Shown: positions 13,333 to 26,235 of the stretch, one piece after another
How positions within the stretch are numbered: position 1 is the first letter of the stretch
How the letters are laid out: every line of letters starts with the position of its first letter
Assembly (NCBI GenBank): GCA_964016885.1
Contig: OZ024742.1
Coordinates: forward strand, 169,260,001 to 169,324,000
Direction of reading: 5' to 3'
Length of the DNA: 64,000 bases
Source: Eledone cirrhosa
Lineage: Eukaryota
Notes under the pieces: model-generated
The model's database searches: none
What the model saw: only the letters and a program-made list of their open reading frames with translations
Told to the model about the DNA's origin: nothing
Position numbers and translations under genes: made by a program

Positions 13333-15539
13333 TGTAGCGCTCTCTAAACAGGAAGTAGCTGGAGTTACTTCCCGTTGAGGTTGCAGAGCCTTCTTTGTGA
13401 CTTCCGTCCGGGAAACTATAAAGGAGAGAGCTGAAAGCTATCTCCCTCTCATTCCACCTTTCGGCCAGGCGCGTTCCGCCGAAGGTATACTCTCTCGCTT
13501 CCTGACCAGTGAAAAGGTAAACAACTAACTTTCTTTCGTTGTGAAATCACTAGCCAACATGCAACACAACAACAATAACCACGGCCTGGCAACACTTCAG
13601 CCAGTGGACCGTGTCTTCTGAAACCCTTAATTCATTCTTTCATCTCTCTTGGCATGTCAGCTATTCGCTCTACTCAGCTCAATCTTTGTAAATAAATATT
13701 GTACATACAATTCAGTCACCATGTTATAATTGGTGACCCTGAGAAAAAAAAAAAATAATAATAATAATAATAATAGGAGCTGGTGTTGTGTGAATATGAA
13801 AAGAATAAAATTAATTAGCAGTATTTCACAAAAAAAAAGGGAAAAAATTCCTCTAACAACATTTCACATGGATTTTTTCTCCAAAACTGTCTACAACGAA
13901 AAATAGAGGTAATCTTTTTCTCAGCAGCAAACAAACAAGAAAAATTTTGCTCTTCACCTCACATGTTTACATCGTTTAAATGTGTTTCGCTCACTGGATA
14001 TATCCTTCGTCCTTCTCACAACGAACACTCAAAAAGACTTGGACTCCTGTATTCTTATATTCAACATGTCAATTTTGATGAACATCACAGCTCGCTTACT
14101 TTTTCGCTACTTTCGCTACTTTCGCCTTTTTCGCTACTTTTTCATTACTTTCACAAAAAAATTGAACTCTCGCCATATTTGTTATACAAAGTGAATATAG
14201 TCTTTCCTTCTTTTTCATCATATTGTCACGTTCACACACAAATTTTTTAAAATGGCTGCCAACGACCTGTTCCACTGTCATTTTCGCGCCATTTTCTCGC
14301 GCAAAAGAAATATTTTTTTTATTCAACTTGACTTTAACCTTGTTTCAGCACGTGTGTAGGAGCACACATCTCGACTCACTGAGATAACACATGCCATAGA
14401 TAATGTTTCTTGCCAAGGATTCTCCAGCCTTAAGCTATATTCTCCTATTTGCAGGTTTAAAAATTTACCACGTAAATTTGCCGTTGAAAACTGAGCATTT
14501 ATTCAGAATGCTTATTTCTATGGTCGCTGGCCTCTTGACCCCTCCAGGTCAACGTGTTCTCAACATCGACCATCAACTTTGGCTGTTATTTCTAGCACTT
14601 TGCGCAACACATTTTTTCTGGGAAACTTTTTACTGTGAATTGAAACTTCGAATATGTTTCTCACTCCACGAGACAACAACAACACAGCTTCATCTTTGCT
14701 TTATCAACAACCAAAACCAGCAGAACAAAACACAGAGAATTTATTTTTACAGCACTCTTCCTGTGAGAAAATCCCACCGCCTTCGGAGGTTGGGAATTTC
14801 ACATTGTACCACAGTCCAGAAACTACCTGCATACATTCTCTTAGGGACACACTCTCTTTCCTGCTGTCATGTGCTTACATACCTGTTAACTTTATTTTTG
14901 AACATATGAACTTTTTTTAATAACTATGTTCGAGCACGTTTCTTTGCTCCTTTGACCTCTTCTTTTAGGCTGATTACATTGTATCTTTGTGTGATGGATA
15001 GATAGATGTCCAGTCGTTCTCTGGCCAAGAGCGGTTGGCTACCTTGATATCTATCATTAATTTTTGCATGCTCATTTTGCTATTTGCTTGCTCATGTTTT
15101 GTTCATTCATGTTCTTGTACCTTTTCCCTTGTTCTCGTGTTCTCGCTACAATGATTTCATTTGGTCATTTGACTTCTCGTCTGGGAGGGGAGTCCTGTAG
15201 CGCTCTCTAGACAGGAAGTAGCTGGAGTTACTTCCCGTTGAGGTTGCAGAGCCTTCTTTGTGACTTCCGTCTGGGGAACTATAAAGGAGAGAGCTGAAAG
15301 CTATCTCCCTCTCATTCCACCTTTCGGTTGCTGGCCTTCGGCCAGGCGCGTTCCGCCGAAGGTATACTCTCTCGCTTCCTGACCAGTGAAAAGGTAAACA
15401 AACTAACTTTCTTTCGTCATGAAATCACTAGCCAACATACAACACAACAACAATAACCACGGCCTGGCAACACTTCAGCCAGTGGACCGTGTCTTCTGAA
15501 ATCCTTAATTCATTCTTTCTTCTCTCTTGGCATGTTATA
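13333..15539 (+). mobile_element. Non-autonomous LTR retroelement (Gypsy-like ends)
   Basis: LTRs at 13333-13728 and 15196-15539, TG...TA termini, highly similar. PBS tggtgaccc at 13731 (tRNA-Trp type), PPT gggaggggag at 15183-15192, 4-bp TSD CATA. No recognisable gag/pol in the 1.47-kb interior. Confidence 0.88.
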
Positions 15540-16150
15540 CATAATTTGTTTTACTATTTTCATATTATAAAGAAACCCTACCTTGAAGCAGCATGCTTTA
15601 AATTAACATATTTTCAAAATCAAAATAATTACTATATATATATATAGTCCTACCCATGCTAGCATAGAAAATGGATGATAAATGATGATGATGATGATAT
15701 ACTTCAATATAAGCTGATCTGAAAATAAGCCAATCCCTATTTTATGTTTGAGAAATGGGCAAAAATCCAAACCCCATGTATAAGCCAAAGCAGTTAATCA
15801 TCATATTATGTTTAGATGACACAGTTTTGAAATTCTCATGAGTGGAGAATATATTTATGAAGTTTTGATATTTAAAATGTTTTAAGTTTCATTTAGAGCA
15901 GCGGTTGCCAACCAGTGGTCCAGAGAAAATGTTGGTGTTCTGCAGAAAAATTTTAATGTATTTATTCTTTTTAAAAAAATTCATATTAGTAGTCCATGGG
16001 ATTTAAAATTATGAATTTAGTGGTCCATGAAATCCGAAATCCATTTAGAGAATGGTTTTTGTTTCACAATTCCATTACGTAATGATTTTTTTAATCAATT
16101 TCTGACAGTTTTGAAGGCCATATTTATTCAAATCACATCAAAACCAAATT

Positions 16151-16398
16151 TCACCTCCAAAGTGAAACTGGTGTAATATTCACCTCTAAAGTAAAACTGG
16201 TGTAATATTCACCTCAAAAGTGAAACTGGTGTAATATTCACCTCCAAAGTGAAACTGATGTAATATTCACCTCCAAAGTGAAACTGATGAAATATTCACC
16301 TCCAAAGTGAAACTGATGAAATATTCACCTCTAAAGTGAAACTGGTGTATTATTCACCTTCAAGGGGAAACCGGTGTAATATTCACCCCCAAAATGAA
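16151..16398. repeat. 29-bp minisatellite, about 8 copies, inside a MITE
   Basis: Unit tcacctccaaagtgaaactggtgtaatat. Confidence 0.9.
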
Positions 16399-16576
16399 AA
16401 TATTTGAGTACCTCATTTACGTTAATAAATACAAAAAGAGGGAGAGAGAAATGGACAGGGGGGCAAACTCTACTCACTTTGGTTGAACAGTATATTTTGG
16501 ACAAGATGACGAAAGTATTGCCACAGAGAACAAAGATTCTCGGTTTTGTTTCCACATTTGGATTTCTCTAAATATA

Positions 16577-17111
16577 CAGGGTGGGTGGAAAGAAACTCAC
16601 TATTGAAAATTACTTAAAACATTTGGCCTACCATGACCACTTGAGACAATATCAATGATCTCATATTCATGCAAGATGGGGCCCCTCCTCATGTTGCACA
16701 CACTGCATGTGAGAGACTTGATATCCAGTTTCCAGGATGTTGGCTGGGTCGTTGAGGTCCACATTAATGGCCAGCAAGAAACTAACTTAACGCCATGCAA
16801 TTTTTTTTCCTGTGGGGTTGGGCAAAGGAAGAAGTTTATAGCTCAAAACCAAAAACTAAATTAGAGGAATGCATTTGTCATGTACTGACCAACATACTAC
16901 TTGAGTTTCTGATGAACTCAGTTGAGGATATACCCAAACAGCTACAAATACTGGTGGACAATGCTGGTGCCTATGTAGAATCTTAACACTGTACTATACT
17001 TATACCATTATACTGTTCAAAATGAACTATGTTTTATGAAAATCAACCAGTAATTAATAAAGTTATTAAAAGTTTTAAATATGGAGTTTCCTTTAACCCC
17101 CCACCCCACTG
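16577..17111 (+). mobile_element. Deleted Tc1/mariner-superfamily element
   Basis: Imperfect TIRs cagggtgggtggaaagaaactc with TA TSD; QDGAPPH and FFLWGWAKEEVY remnants. Confidence 0.75.
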
Positions 17112-17399
17112 TATATACATAAACCTGCCAAAGTTATGTGAGGACTCTTCAGTTGCATCAAAACAACGTTCGTAGTGTTGGTGCCATGATAAAATGGACT
17201 CAGAAAAGTGCAGGACTGTATGTAAGTGAGATGCAGAGCCCCAGGGCTGTCAAACATGTCAGTAGCAAAGTTTGAATACTGACCAGTTTGGAATGAGACA
17301 TCCAACTGTTGCTAGCAGGAAAAACAGACATTAAATGACGACAATGATGATGATGATGATGATATATATTTTAGAGGAAAAAAATAATAATCAACTTAC

Positions 17400-17532
17400 A
17401 TTCATTATTCGTAACTAAAGCATAATTTCCTTCTTCATAGAATGAAATATTTCCTAGATGAAGAATTGCTGCAGCTAAAGACATGATGTTGAGTTTATTC
17501 TCTTCACAGATTCCCATCACGCCCATTGCATG
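17400..17532 (-). CDS. MYO1E: Myosin-IE/F-like exon
   Basis: HAMGVMGICEENKLNIMSLAAAILHLGNISFYEEGNYALVTNNE(F); tttcag acceptor, gtaagt donor; 133 nt. Confidence 0.95.
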
Positions 17533-19391
17533 CTGAAAATATGAAATTGGAGATGTAAATATAATATGTTGAGGGAGTGAAGTAGTAAACCATATGATCA
17601 AACAGTTCATACATGGAACCATCATCGCCACCACTGCTGCCGCCACCACCACCACTACTACTACTACCACTACTACTAATACCACTATTATTATTACCAC
17701 TGCCACTACTACCATTACTACTATTACTACTTCAAAAACAACAACATAAAAAAACAATTGTTTTAAGCATTTTCCCTGATTATTGTCTTAAGACCTTGCA
17801 GGCCTCAAGAACTCATATTGGTTGCCATTTTCAGACAATGTTTTACAGTCGAATGCTCTTCCTGATGTCAACCCTTTTAATAACCTCTTATGGCACATAG
17901 GGAATATAGTGAACCTACTCTAAGAACTAGGATACACACAGATATATAATGATAGGAAGGGATTTTGACAAAGATTTTAACTGAATACCAGTGTATAGCA
18001 CTTAGTATATGTTCTACAGTCACATGTAATAGAGTTAAGGCATTAAGATATGTTTATATATGTATTTATATAAACAAGTACCAAACACATATTGGGATCA
18101 CATATATTTGAGTTGGTAAGCCTGATTGATCCTCTGATTTAACATAAACCACATGGCTCTTGGGATATCATAATTTTCACCATCATCACTGTTTTCCATG
18201 CTTGTTTGGGTTAGATGGGATGTCACATTCTGTGGCTAGACAGATCAGATGACTGTATGTAGCTCACATGTTCCATACTGGCATGGTTTTTATGACTGGA
18301 TACCCTTCTTAATGCCAACCTTACCCAGTGTGTATCAGGTGTGTTTTATTGTGGCCCGAGCACTACCACCTTATAAAGTAGGCTGGATGCATTTTATCAT
18401 GGCATCAGCATTACCAGATTACAGAGTGGACAGGGTGCATTTTATCATAGCACCAGCAGTACCACCTATCAACACATAGATTTTTCTTGGGTCATCCGTG
18501 ACCAGGTTTGGAAGGCAGTGGTAAGAGTGAAGAAGATGCAAGCATGGTGGAGGGGGCATGCAAGATACATGATGCTTACCAAAGGAGAGGGGGGGTGACG
18601 TGACCTGTAAAGGGAAGGGGATGAGAGAAGTTTGTAGTCTTAGAGAGAGGGAGTGTGACAGCCTCAGCCAAGGTTAAACACATTCCAAAACTACCCCCTT
18701 GACCCCCTCCCCACCTTAATATTACTAGATATCCATCAACAACTCCTATGTTAACGGAACCACGCCAGCCAATAACTGTTTTATTCATATGAACTGTACA
18801 ATATAAATATCAATAAGAAAACGAAAAAGAAGAAAGAAAAAAAAGAAATTAAGCAACAAAAAATGGAAAGTTATGATGGAGCAACAGACTTTCCTCCACA
18901 GTTTGAGCAGTATGTTTCAGCCACACTCCACAGAAAATGGCCAGCGACACTTGCTGCAACAGCCATCCTACCTCATGGGGTTCCTTCCACAGACAAGCTG
19001 TTGTCTTTCTGATTTTGCAGAAGAAAACACCAGTTTGGGGAGCGAAGACACCTGAAGTCTAGACAGCAGCTGGCACAAAAATGAAATGGTTGGTCAAGCC
19101 CTGGTTTTGGCAATCTCTGTGTTCATTTTCTTCTTGTGGATTGAAAGAAACATTAGGCTGCTTTGCAACGTTTAGTTACATTACTTTATGTTTTCAGTTC
19201 AAATCTTGCCAAGGTCAATTTTTCCTTTCATCCTGCTAGGGTTGATAAAATAAAGTACCTGTAAAGTACTGGAGTCAATTTAAATGATTGTTTACTCCTC
19301 AATTAATTACCTTTTGGTAATTAATTAGGGTATTGGAAGAGAATGAGAGGAAGAAGCAGAGAGTAAGATCTATTGAAATAGATAGGTAGAT

Positions 19392-19443
<52 letters not shown>

Positions 19444-21055
19444 AGATAGAAAATATATAAGTAAGGATGGATGGATGGAAGACTGAAAGAAAGAAACCAA
19501 CCAACAAAAATGATAAAAAGGGTGATGATACAAAAAAGAAATTAAATATAGCAGCACCCCCAGCCAATTGTCTGTTACCATGGAAATAATAAAAATAAAA
19601 CAGAAAATAAAGAAAAAGAAAATAAAGGAAAGTCAAAAAGAAAAAGAAAGAAAAAAAAATTAAAAAAAGGAAAGAAAGAAGGAAAGGATGGATAAAAAAC
19701 AGTAAAAAAAGAAAAAGAAAACCCACAGGAAAGGTGGAGATGAAATTTTAGACAGAGAAACTGGTCACGTCATATTAATGAGTCACAAAGTTTATGCAAC
19801 TGATATATATCATTTACTATAGGTTGGAAGATGTTTTGTTTTAACAGGCAGACCCAGAAAAACCTGAGACGACTTGATAAATTCCGACCTTACACACTTA
19901 CACCTCGACAAGACAATGTCACTGGACCGAGATCTTTGGCGCTACGGAGTAATACAGAAGACCCGCCTTGCCTAAGTACAAAGCGAAACCTACAGTCAGT
20001 AGGCACCTCTCAACCAAAATACACTCCCGTCCCACTACCCCTACCCCCACCCCCATCTACACCACCCCTTTCGATGTAAAGTTATATTAGTACCACAACA
20101 TCCAGTCCTAAATAAATGAGGTCATGTAGGTGTCACGACAAAAAAACACACAGTCCACGCTGTAATGTGGCCGTGTAGGTAACATGGTAAAAACCTCCCA
20201 GTCCACACTGTAAACGTGGTTGGTGTTAGGAAGGGCATCCAGCTGTAGAAAACCCGCCATAGAAAACTTGCTATACGAGCAAGACCACCAATCTTGCCTC
20301 AAGTGGGACAATTCCCGTCTAAACCCATGCTAGCGTGGAAGATAGACGTTAAACGATGATGATGATGATGATGATGATAATATCAGGATTAATATCACCG
20401 AAAGACTGACTGAAGTAATTACCAGATGGAAAAGATGACATATTGAAGCTGATCATCAAAAACCTACCATGATTGGAGATACAATACAGCGAAATTCCCA
20501 AAATTCACGGGGTATTAAAAAAATGTGTTTAACGAAAAATTCTTTATAACAAGATCAACCGAAACAAATCAAGCATTTGTTTGTTGTATACTTGGGGATT
20601 GAAAAAAATCTTGTTATACTGAAAAATTCGTTATAATGGTATTTGTTATAATGGAATTTCACCTGTATATTATCAAAGATCTACCAACTATAAACAAGAT
20701 CTTTCAGAACATGGAGGCTACAAAAAGATTTAACAACAGAAATATTACAAGTCTGAGAGAAGGAGAGAAAGAGAAAGACAAAGAGAAAAAGAAAGACAGC
20801 AAGAGAGACAAAGAGAGAGACAGAGAAAGAAAGAGAGAGAGAGGATATCGTGAAGCTGATTGTTAAAAAACTACCATGATATTAGCTTTGGTTCTCACTG
20901 TAAATATAGTTGGCATTAACAAGGGCATCCAGCCATAGAAACCAAAGCCAGAAACAGTTCTGTAAGAGCAAGACATGGTCATCTGATCTGACTTGTCTCA
21001 TAACTGGACAACTTGTCTAACCCATCTAGGGTGGAAAAATGGATGTTAAACAGTA

Positions 21056-21087
<32 letters not shown>

Positions 21088-21110
21088 ATATACCACAGCA
21101 ACATACATAC

Positions 21111-21214
21111 CATAGTTTCCTTGAAGTCTTTCACATCATCAGTATCATCAATATCATACACTCCACTTTGGTTGAGATAATAATAGTATTCAGGTTGTAC
21201 AAGTCCCAGGTTCT
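21111..21214 (-). CDS. MYO1E: Myosin-IE/F-like exon
   Basis: (E)NLGLVQPEYYYYLNQSGVYDIDDTDDVKDFKETM; tttcag acceptor, gtatgt donor; 104 nt. Confidence 0.93.
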
Positions 21215-21292
21215 CTGAAATGACAATATAGTAGTAGTAGTGGTGGTGGTGGTGGTAGTGGTGGTGGCAGTGGCAGCGTTGGCAGTAATAGC

Positions 21293-21346
<54 letters not shown>

Positions 21347-21440
21347 GGTGGTGGTGGTGGTGGTGGTGGTGGTGGTGGTGGTGGTGGTGGTGGTCGTGGT
21401 GGTGGTGGTGGTGGTGGTGGCGGTGGTTGTGGTGACAGCA

Positions 21441-21558
<118 letters not shown>

Positions 21559-21615
21559 CAGTGGTGGGGAAGGACAGTCAATTTAATTGATTGACATCCT
21601 CTCCACCTTCCTCCA

Positions 21616-22378
21616 TAGTACTAGACTGGTACATATCTGACACCACTACCACCCTATCTCTCTAGTACTAGACTGGTACATATCTGACACCACTACCACC
21701 CTATCTCTCTAGTACTAGACTGGTACATATCTGACACCACTACCACCCTATCTCTCTAGTACTAGACTGGTACATATCTGACACCACTACCACCCTATCT
21801 CTCTAGTACTAGACTGGTACATATCTGACACCACTACCACCCTATCTCTCTAGTACTAGACTGGTACATATCTGACACCACTACCACCCTATCTCTCTAG
21901 TACTAGACTGGTACATATCTGACACCACTACCACCCTATCTCTCTAGTACTAGACTGGTACATATCTGACACCACTACCACCCTATCTCTCTAGTACTAG
22001 ACTGGTACATATCTGACACCACCACTACCCTATCTCTCTAGTACTAGACAGGTATATATCTAACACCACCACCACCCTATCTCTCTAGTACTAGACAGGA
22101 ACATATCTAACACCACCACCACTTCACTCTAGTACTAGACAGGTACATATCTAACACCAACACCACCCTCCTTTCTCTCTAGTACTAGACTGATACATAT
22201 CTGACACCACCACCACCATCCTTTCTCTCTTGAGCTAGACAGGTACATATCTGACACCATCACCACCACTACCACCACCATCCTTTCTTTCTAGTACTTG
22301 ACTGGTACATATCTGACAACACCACCACCACCACCCATCTCTCTAGTATTAGACTGGTACATATCTGACACCACCAGT
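21616..22378. repeat. 47-bp minisatellite, about 15 copies, decaying rightwards
   Basis: Unit tagtactagactggtacatatctgacaccactaccaccctatctctc. Confidence 0.95.
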
Positions 22379-22509
22379 GATAAGAGTTTTTTAGACTGAA
22401 AGATTTATGTATAAAACACTGTGTTTAAATTTTATATGGATTGCAATGATTTTTAAATTATCATAGATTTCTTTTACTTTATATTTTATTTTTGTAAGTT
22501 TTTACCCAC

Positions 22510-22594
22510 CTTTCTGGTCATCATTAGCTCCAAAACACAACTGGTAAAATATATGGAAGTTTCGTTCATCAAGATTTTGACTGACAACTCTTGA
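22510..22594 (-). CDS. MYO1E: Myosin-IE/F-like exon
   Basis: SRVVSQNLDERNFHIFYQLCFGANDDQK(E); ttccag acceptor, gtgggt donor; 85 nt. Confidence 0.93.
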
Positions 22595-22876
22595 CTGGAA
22601 AGAAGAAAAAAAACAAGATTGGTAAATGGTAAATAGTGAATGGTGAGAAGACAAAGAGGGGAAGACAGGAGGAAGAAAGGGAAAGGAAGAAGTGGGGGAG
22701 AAAGAGGAGGAGGAGGAAGACGAATGAAGGTGAACAGGAACTGAGGAAGAGGAGGTGGAGCAGAAAGAAGAGAAGGTGGTTGAGGCAGAGGAGGTATCAT
22801 TTGAGGGGGTTGGGATGGGGATGAGGAGGAATGGTGACACTGAATAGAAGAAAAAGAGTGAGAAAACATTTTTTAC

Positions 22877-22954
22877 CTTCTCCAAGAGGAAGTTTGAGAT
22901 TTTACCAGCATCAGGTACACCACCTCCGCTAAACTGTATCTGAACATATTTGCC
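22877..22954 (-). CDS. MYO1E: Myosin-IE/F-like exon
   Basis: GKYVQIQFSGGGVPDAGKISNFLLEK; tttcag acceptor, gtaaaa donor; 78 nt; follows a 17-kb intron. Confidence 0.95.
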
Positions 22955-22972
22955 CTGAAAGTAGTCGTAGTA

Positions 22973-23006
<34 letters not shown>

Positions 23007-23329
23007 CAGAACATGCAACTCCTGTAGATAATAACAAGCAATTAAACCTTCCCATAATTTTAGATAATGAAAGTAGCAGCACAAATATTCCAATAGCTAA
23101 TTGTAATTGTAAGGACCCAGATTCTTGCCCACTTAGGGGCCATTGCTGAAGAAGTAATGTTATATATAAGTGTGAGGTCTCAACATATAATAAATCATAT
23201 AATTACATAGGTGCAACTGCAAATAATTTTAAAACTAGATTTTATTCACATTTGAATTTCTTTTAACAATAAAACATTAAAACATTCTACTTCCTTAGCT
23301 AAATTAATCTGGCATCTAAAAAGTGATAA

Positions 23330-24492
23330 TATATGTTTCTTTCAAGGTAAACTGACATCTGACTGTTCAAAGACTTCAAAAATAACTAATAGCAATTTCT
23401 CTTTAAAATGGACAAAATTTGGCATCATGATGTTATCAAGTACCTGCAGAAAAAGGGTTTAGCCCCCAAGGATTCATGCTGACATGGTTGTTACATTAGG
23501 GGATGACACTCCAGCTTTATCAACACTGCAAAAGTGGGCAGTTAAATTTAGGAGGGAAAAGGAGAGTCTTGAAGATGACCCAAGGTCTGGACGTTCTGCA
23601 ACTGCCACTACCAAGGAAAACTTTGACTGTATTCACCACACGGTGATGGATGACAGGCAATTGACTATAAATCAAATAACCAATGATGTTCGCATATCCC
23701 ATGAGAGAGTTGAGAATATTCAGCACAATTAACTTGGCATGACAAAGGTTTCTGCTCAATGAGTGCCACGTCTTCTGACACCTAAACAAAAGCACACCAG
23801 GCTGATCACATTATGGGAAAATCTGACATGTTTTTAGGCAGATTCGGGTGGTTTCCATGAATGTTTCCTAACCCAGGATGAGCCAGAGGCAAAGTGACAA
23901 TCTACGCAGTGGAACACTCCTCCTCATTGCTCCAAAGATGGTCAAGGTCATTTCATCTGGAAGGAAGGTGATAACTTCAGTGTTTTGGGATGCAAAAGGC
24001 ATTGTATTTATTGACTATCTTTAAAAGAGCCACACCATCAATGAAGAGTACTATGCCAACTTGCTGAGTCAGTTACGAAAGGCAATCAAGAAAACACCCA
24101 GGAAAACTGATGAAAGGTGTCTTGTTTCATCAGGATAGTACTCCAACACACAAGTTTTGGGTTTCAATAGATGTTGTGTGTGACTGTGGCTTTGAACTGG
24201 TTGATCACCCTCCCTATTCTCCTGATTCGGCCCCATCTATCTATCATCTGTTCCCCATCATAAAAAAATCACTTGGCTGAGAACCAGTATCGCAGTGATG
24301 ATGTCATATTTGCTATTGGTAACTTTTTCAATCAACAGAATGAAAGCTTCTTCACCAATGGGATACAAGTACTGCAACACCAATGGCAGAAGTGTGTCGA
24401 TTACAAGGAGGACTATGTTAAAAAATAGACCTCAGTTCGTCACATTCTTGAGAATATCTTGGCCAGCCTATGAACTTTTCAGCTAACTCTCG
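23330..24492 (+). mobile_element. Degenerate mariner (DD34D-type) transposase pseudogene
   Basis: LSTLQKWAVKFRREKESLEDDPRSGR, a decayed WVPRLL motif and HPPYSPDSAP; right TIR ends ctcg followed by TA. Left boundary is approximate. Confidence 0.88.
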
Positions 24493-24805
24493 TATATATA
24501 TATATACATAGAGCACTCTTTTTTCCTTTGCTTTTTCTTCGGAAATACCTAACATATATATATATAATATAGTGTGTGTGTGTGTGTATAGTAATAATAA
24601 TAAATGTGAAGACTAAAATCCGAAGAGGGCTCAATAAGGATAAATATATATCAAATATATAAAAACCATAGAGCAAATATTTATTAAAACAACAGATTAA
24701 AGTTTTAGCAAAGAATTGCTGCTTTCACCCTTAACGGGATCTTCTGAAGATCCGATTAAGGGTCAAAGCAGCAATTCTTTGGTTAAACTTTAATCTGTTA
24801 TTTTA

Positions 24806-24845
<40 letters not shown>

Positions 24846-24891
24846 AGAAAATGCAAAGTAGTTTCAGATATTAAAGTCCTTTATTGGTAAT

Positions 24892-24966
24892 GCTGTGATA
24901 CATATTTCAATGACGACAGTGGCCACACAATTCTGTGTACCCAGTGCCGTGACATCATCAGACAGC
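24892..24966 (-). ncRNA. Hammerhead ribozyme candidate, family B (long stem II)
   Basis: gctgt-CTGATGA-[46-nt stem II]-GAAA-tatgta-TC-acagc; stem I gctgt/acagc. Confidence 0.7.
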
Positions 24967-25981
24967 TTCTTATATAATAAGGTTACGTTCTCAAGGCAAT
25001 CCAAACAGAAACGACAAGGGAACAGACAAAGCGTGTGTTCTTGAATCGTCTGCCCATTCCCCTGTGGTCAACAATTCACTTCCGCGATTCTGCGCTGGCG
25101 CAAACAAAAGCTGGCTACCCACTACTCCAAACTCACCAAAAACTAGCCTAGGCATGTCCCCCTGCCCCCTTCAATCAAACGACCACTCCATCCAGGTTTG
25201 AATACGCCACTGTTAAAGTATACTGTGAGTGACAGCTAGCCGAAGTCTGGTGCTGATGGCAGAGTATGGTTTCAATAGGCCTTAATACTACCCCTAATCT
25301 ATGCCTGGACAAAGAGTTATGAGAATATAAACTTATCTCTAGATATTATGGTTTCACAGTGGAAATTAAAAATTATAGAAGTGAATAAAAAAAAATTATA
25401 GAAGTGATAGAAGTGAATAAAAAAAATATTTATAAAGAGTAAATAGGGAAAGGTTTAAATTAAAGTAAGAAGTTTAGAAAAGGGGGTCAATATTGGATAC
25501 TTCAGATATATTATCAAATATTGGATGATAGTACCGTATAGTAGAACAGAAGATAAATTAAGGTATGAAACGTAGTAATTAGGTAAATAATTAGTTAATA
25601 TCTTCTTCTACCATATGAATCAAAGCAAAACCAAAGGAACGGTACATAGATGCAAAATGAGAAAGGGAACATGTATGAGAAAAAATATATATGAGAAAAG
25701 CAAACGTGTATCGGTGTGGAGGTGAAGGTAGAAGTGATGGAAATGTTTGTCAATTTGACCATGAAAAGTGTATATATTTATTCACTTCAATCAAGGTTTT
25801 AACGTTTAATTTTTAATTACACATGTTTACCGTAAGATATATATATATATATATGTAGAGGTTATATTTAATTTGTTGGGATACAACAAGCTAAATATTT
25901 GTATAACTGATATAAAGCACTCAACAAATTATTGGAGTACAATATATTAACAAATGGAAACTATATTTATAAAACCCTATT

Positions 25982-26046
25982 TATTTCATTATACATATTT
26001 CAAGGGCCACCAGAGAAAACTATGGTGCGCTTTCATCAGATAAAAT
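25982..26046 (-). ncRNA. Hammerhead ribozyme candidate, family C (inverted partner of 30516-30581)
   Basis: Reverse complement of the 30516 motif with the same core. Confidence 0.68.
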
Positions 26047-26201
26047 CTGTTAGAACACGAAAAGTGTGAAACAACAGAATGTTCACTTTTCGTGTTCTAA
26101 CATAACATATATGCCTAACTTCTTCATAAATTTTTCGGGGATAGCCGTGGTGGTGGTGATCGTATGTCATTGGCTAATTTTCAACCAATCAGAGTAAGTG
26201 T

Positions 26202-26235
<34 letters not shown>

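Noticed and set aside
14403-14920. 168-aa and 88-aa ORFs inside the LTR element as gag
   Set aside because: No CCHC knuckle, protease, RT or integrase motifs; composition looks non-coding.
21616-22378. 47-bp repeats (also the 26-, 29- and 80-bp repeats) as CRISPR-like or ribozyme arrays
   Set aside because: Head-to-tail minisatellites without spacers; no CTGANGA...GAAA core with supporting stems was found.
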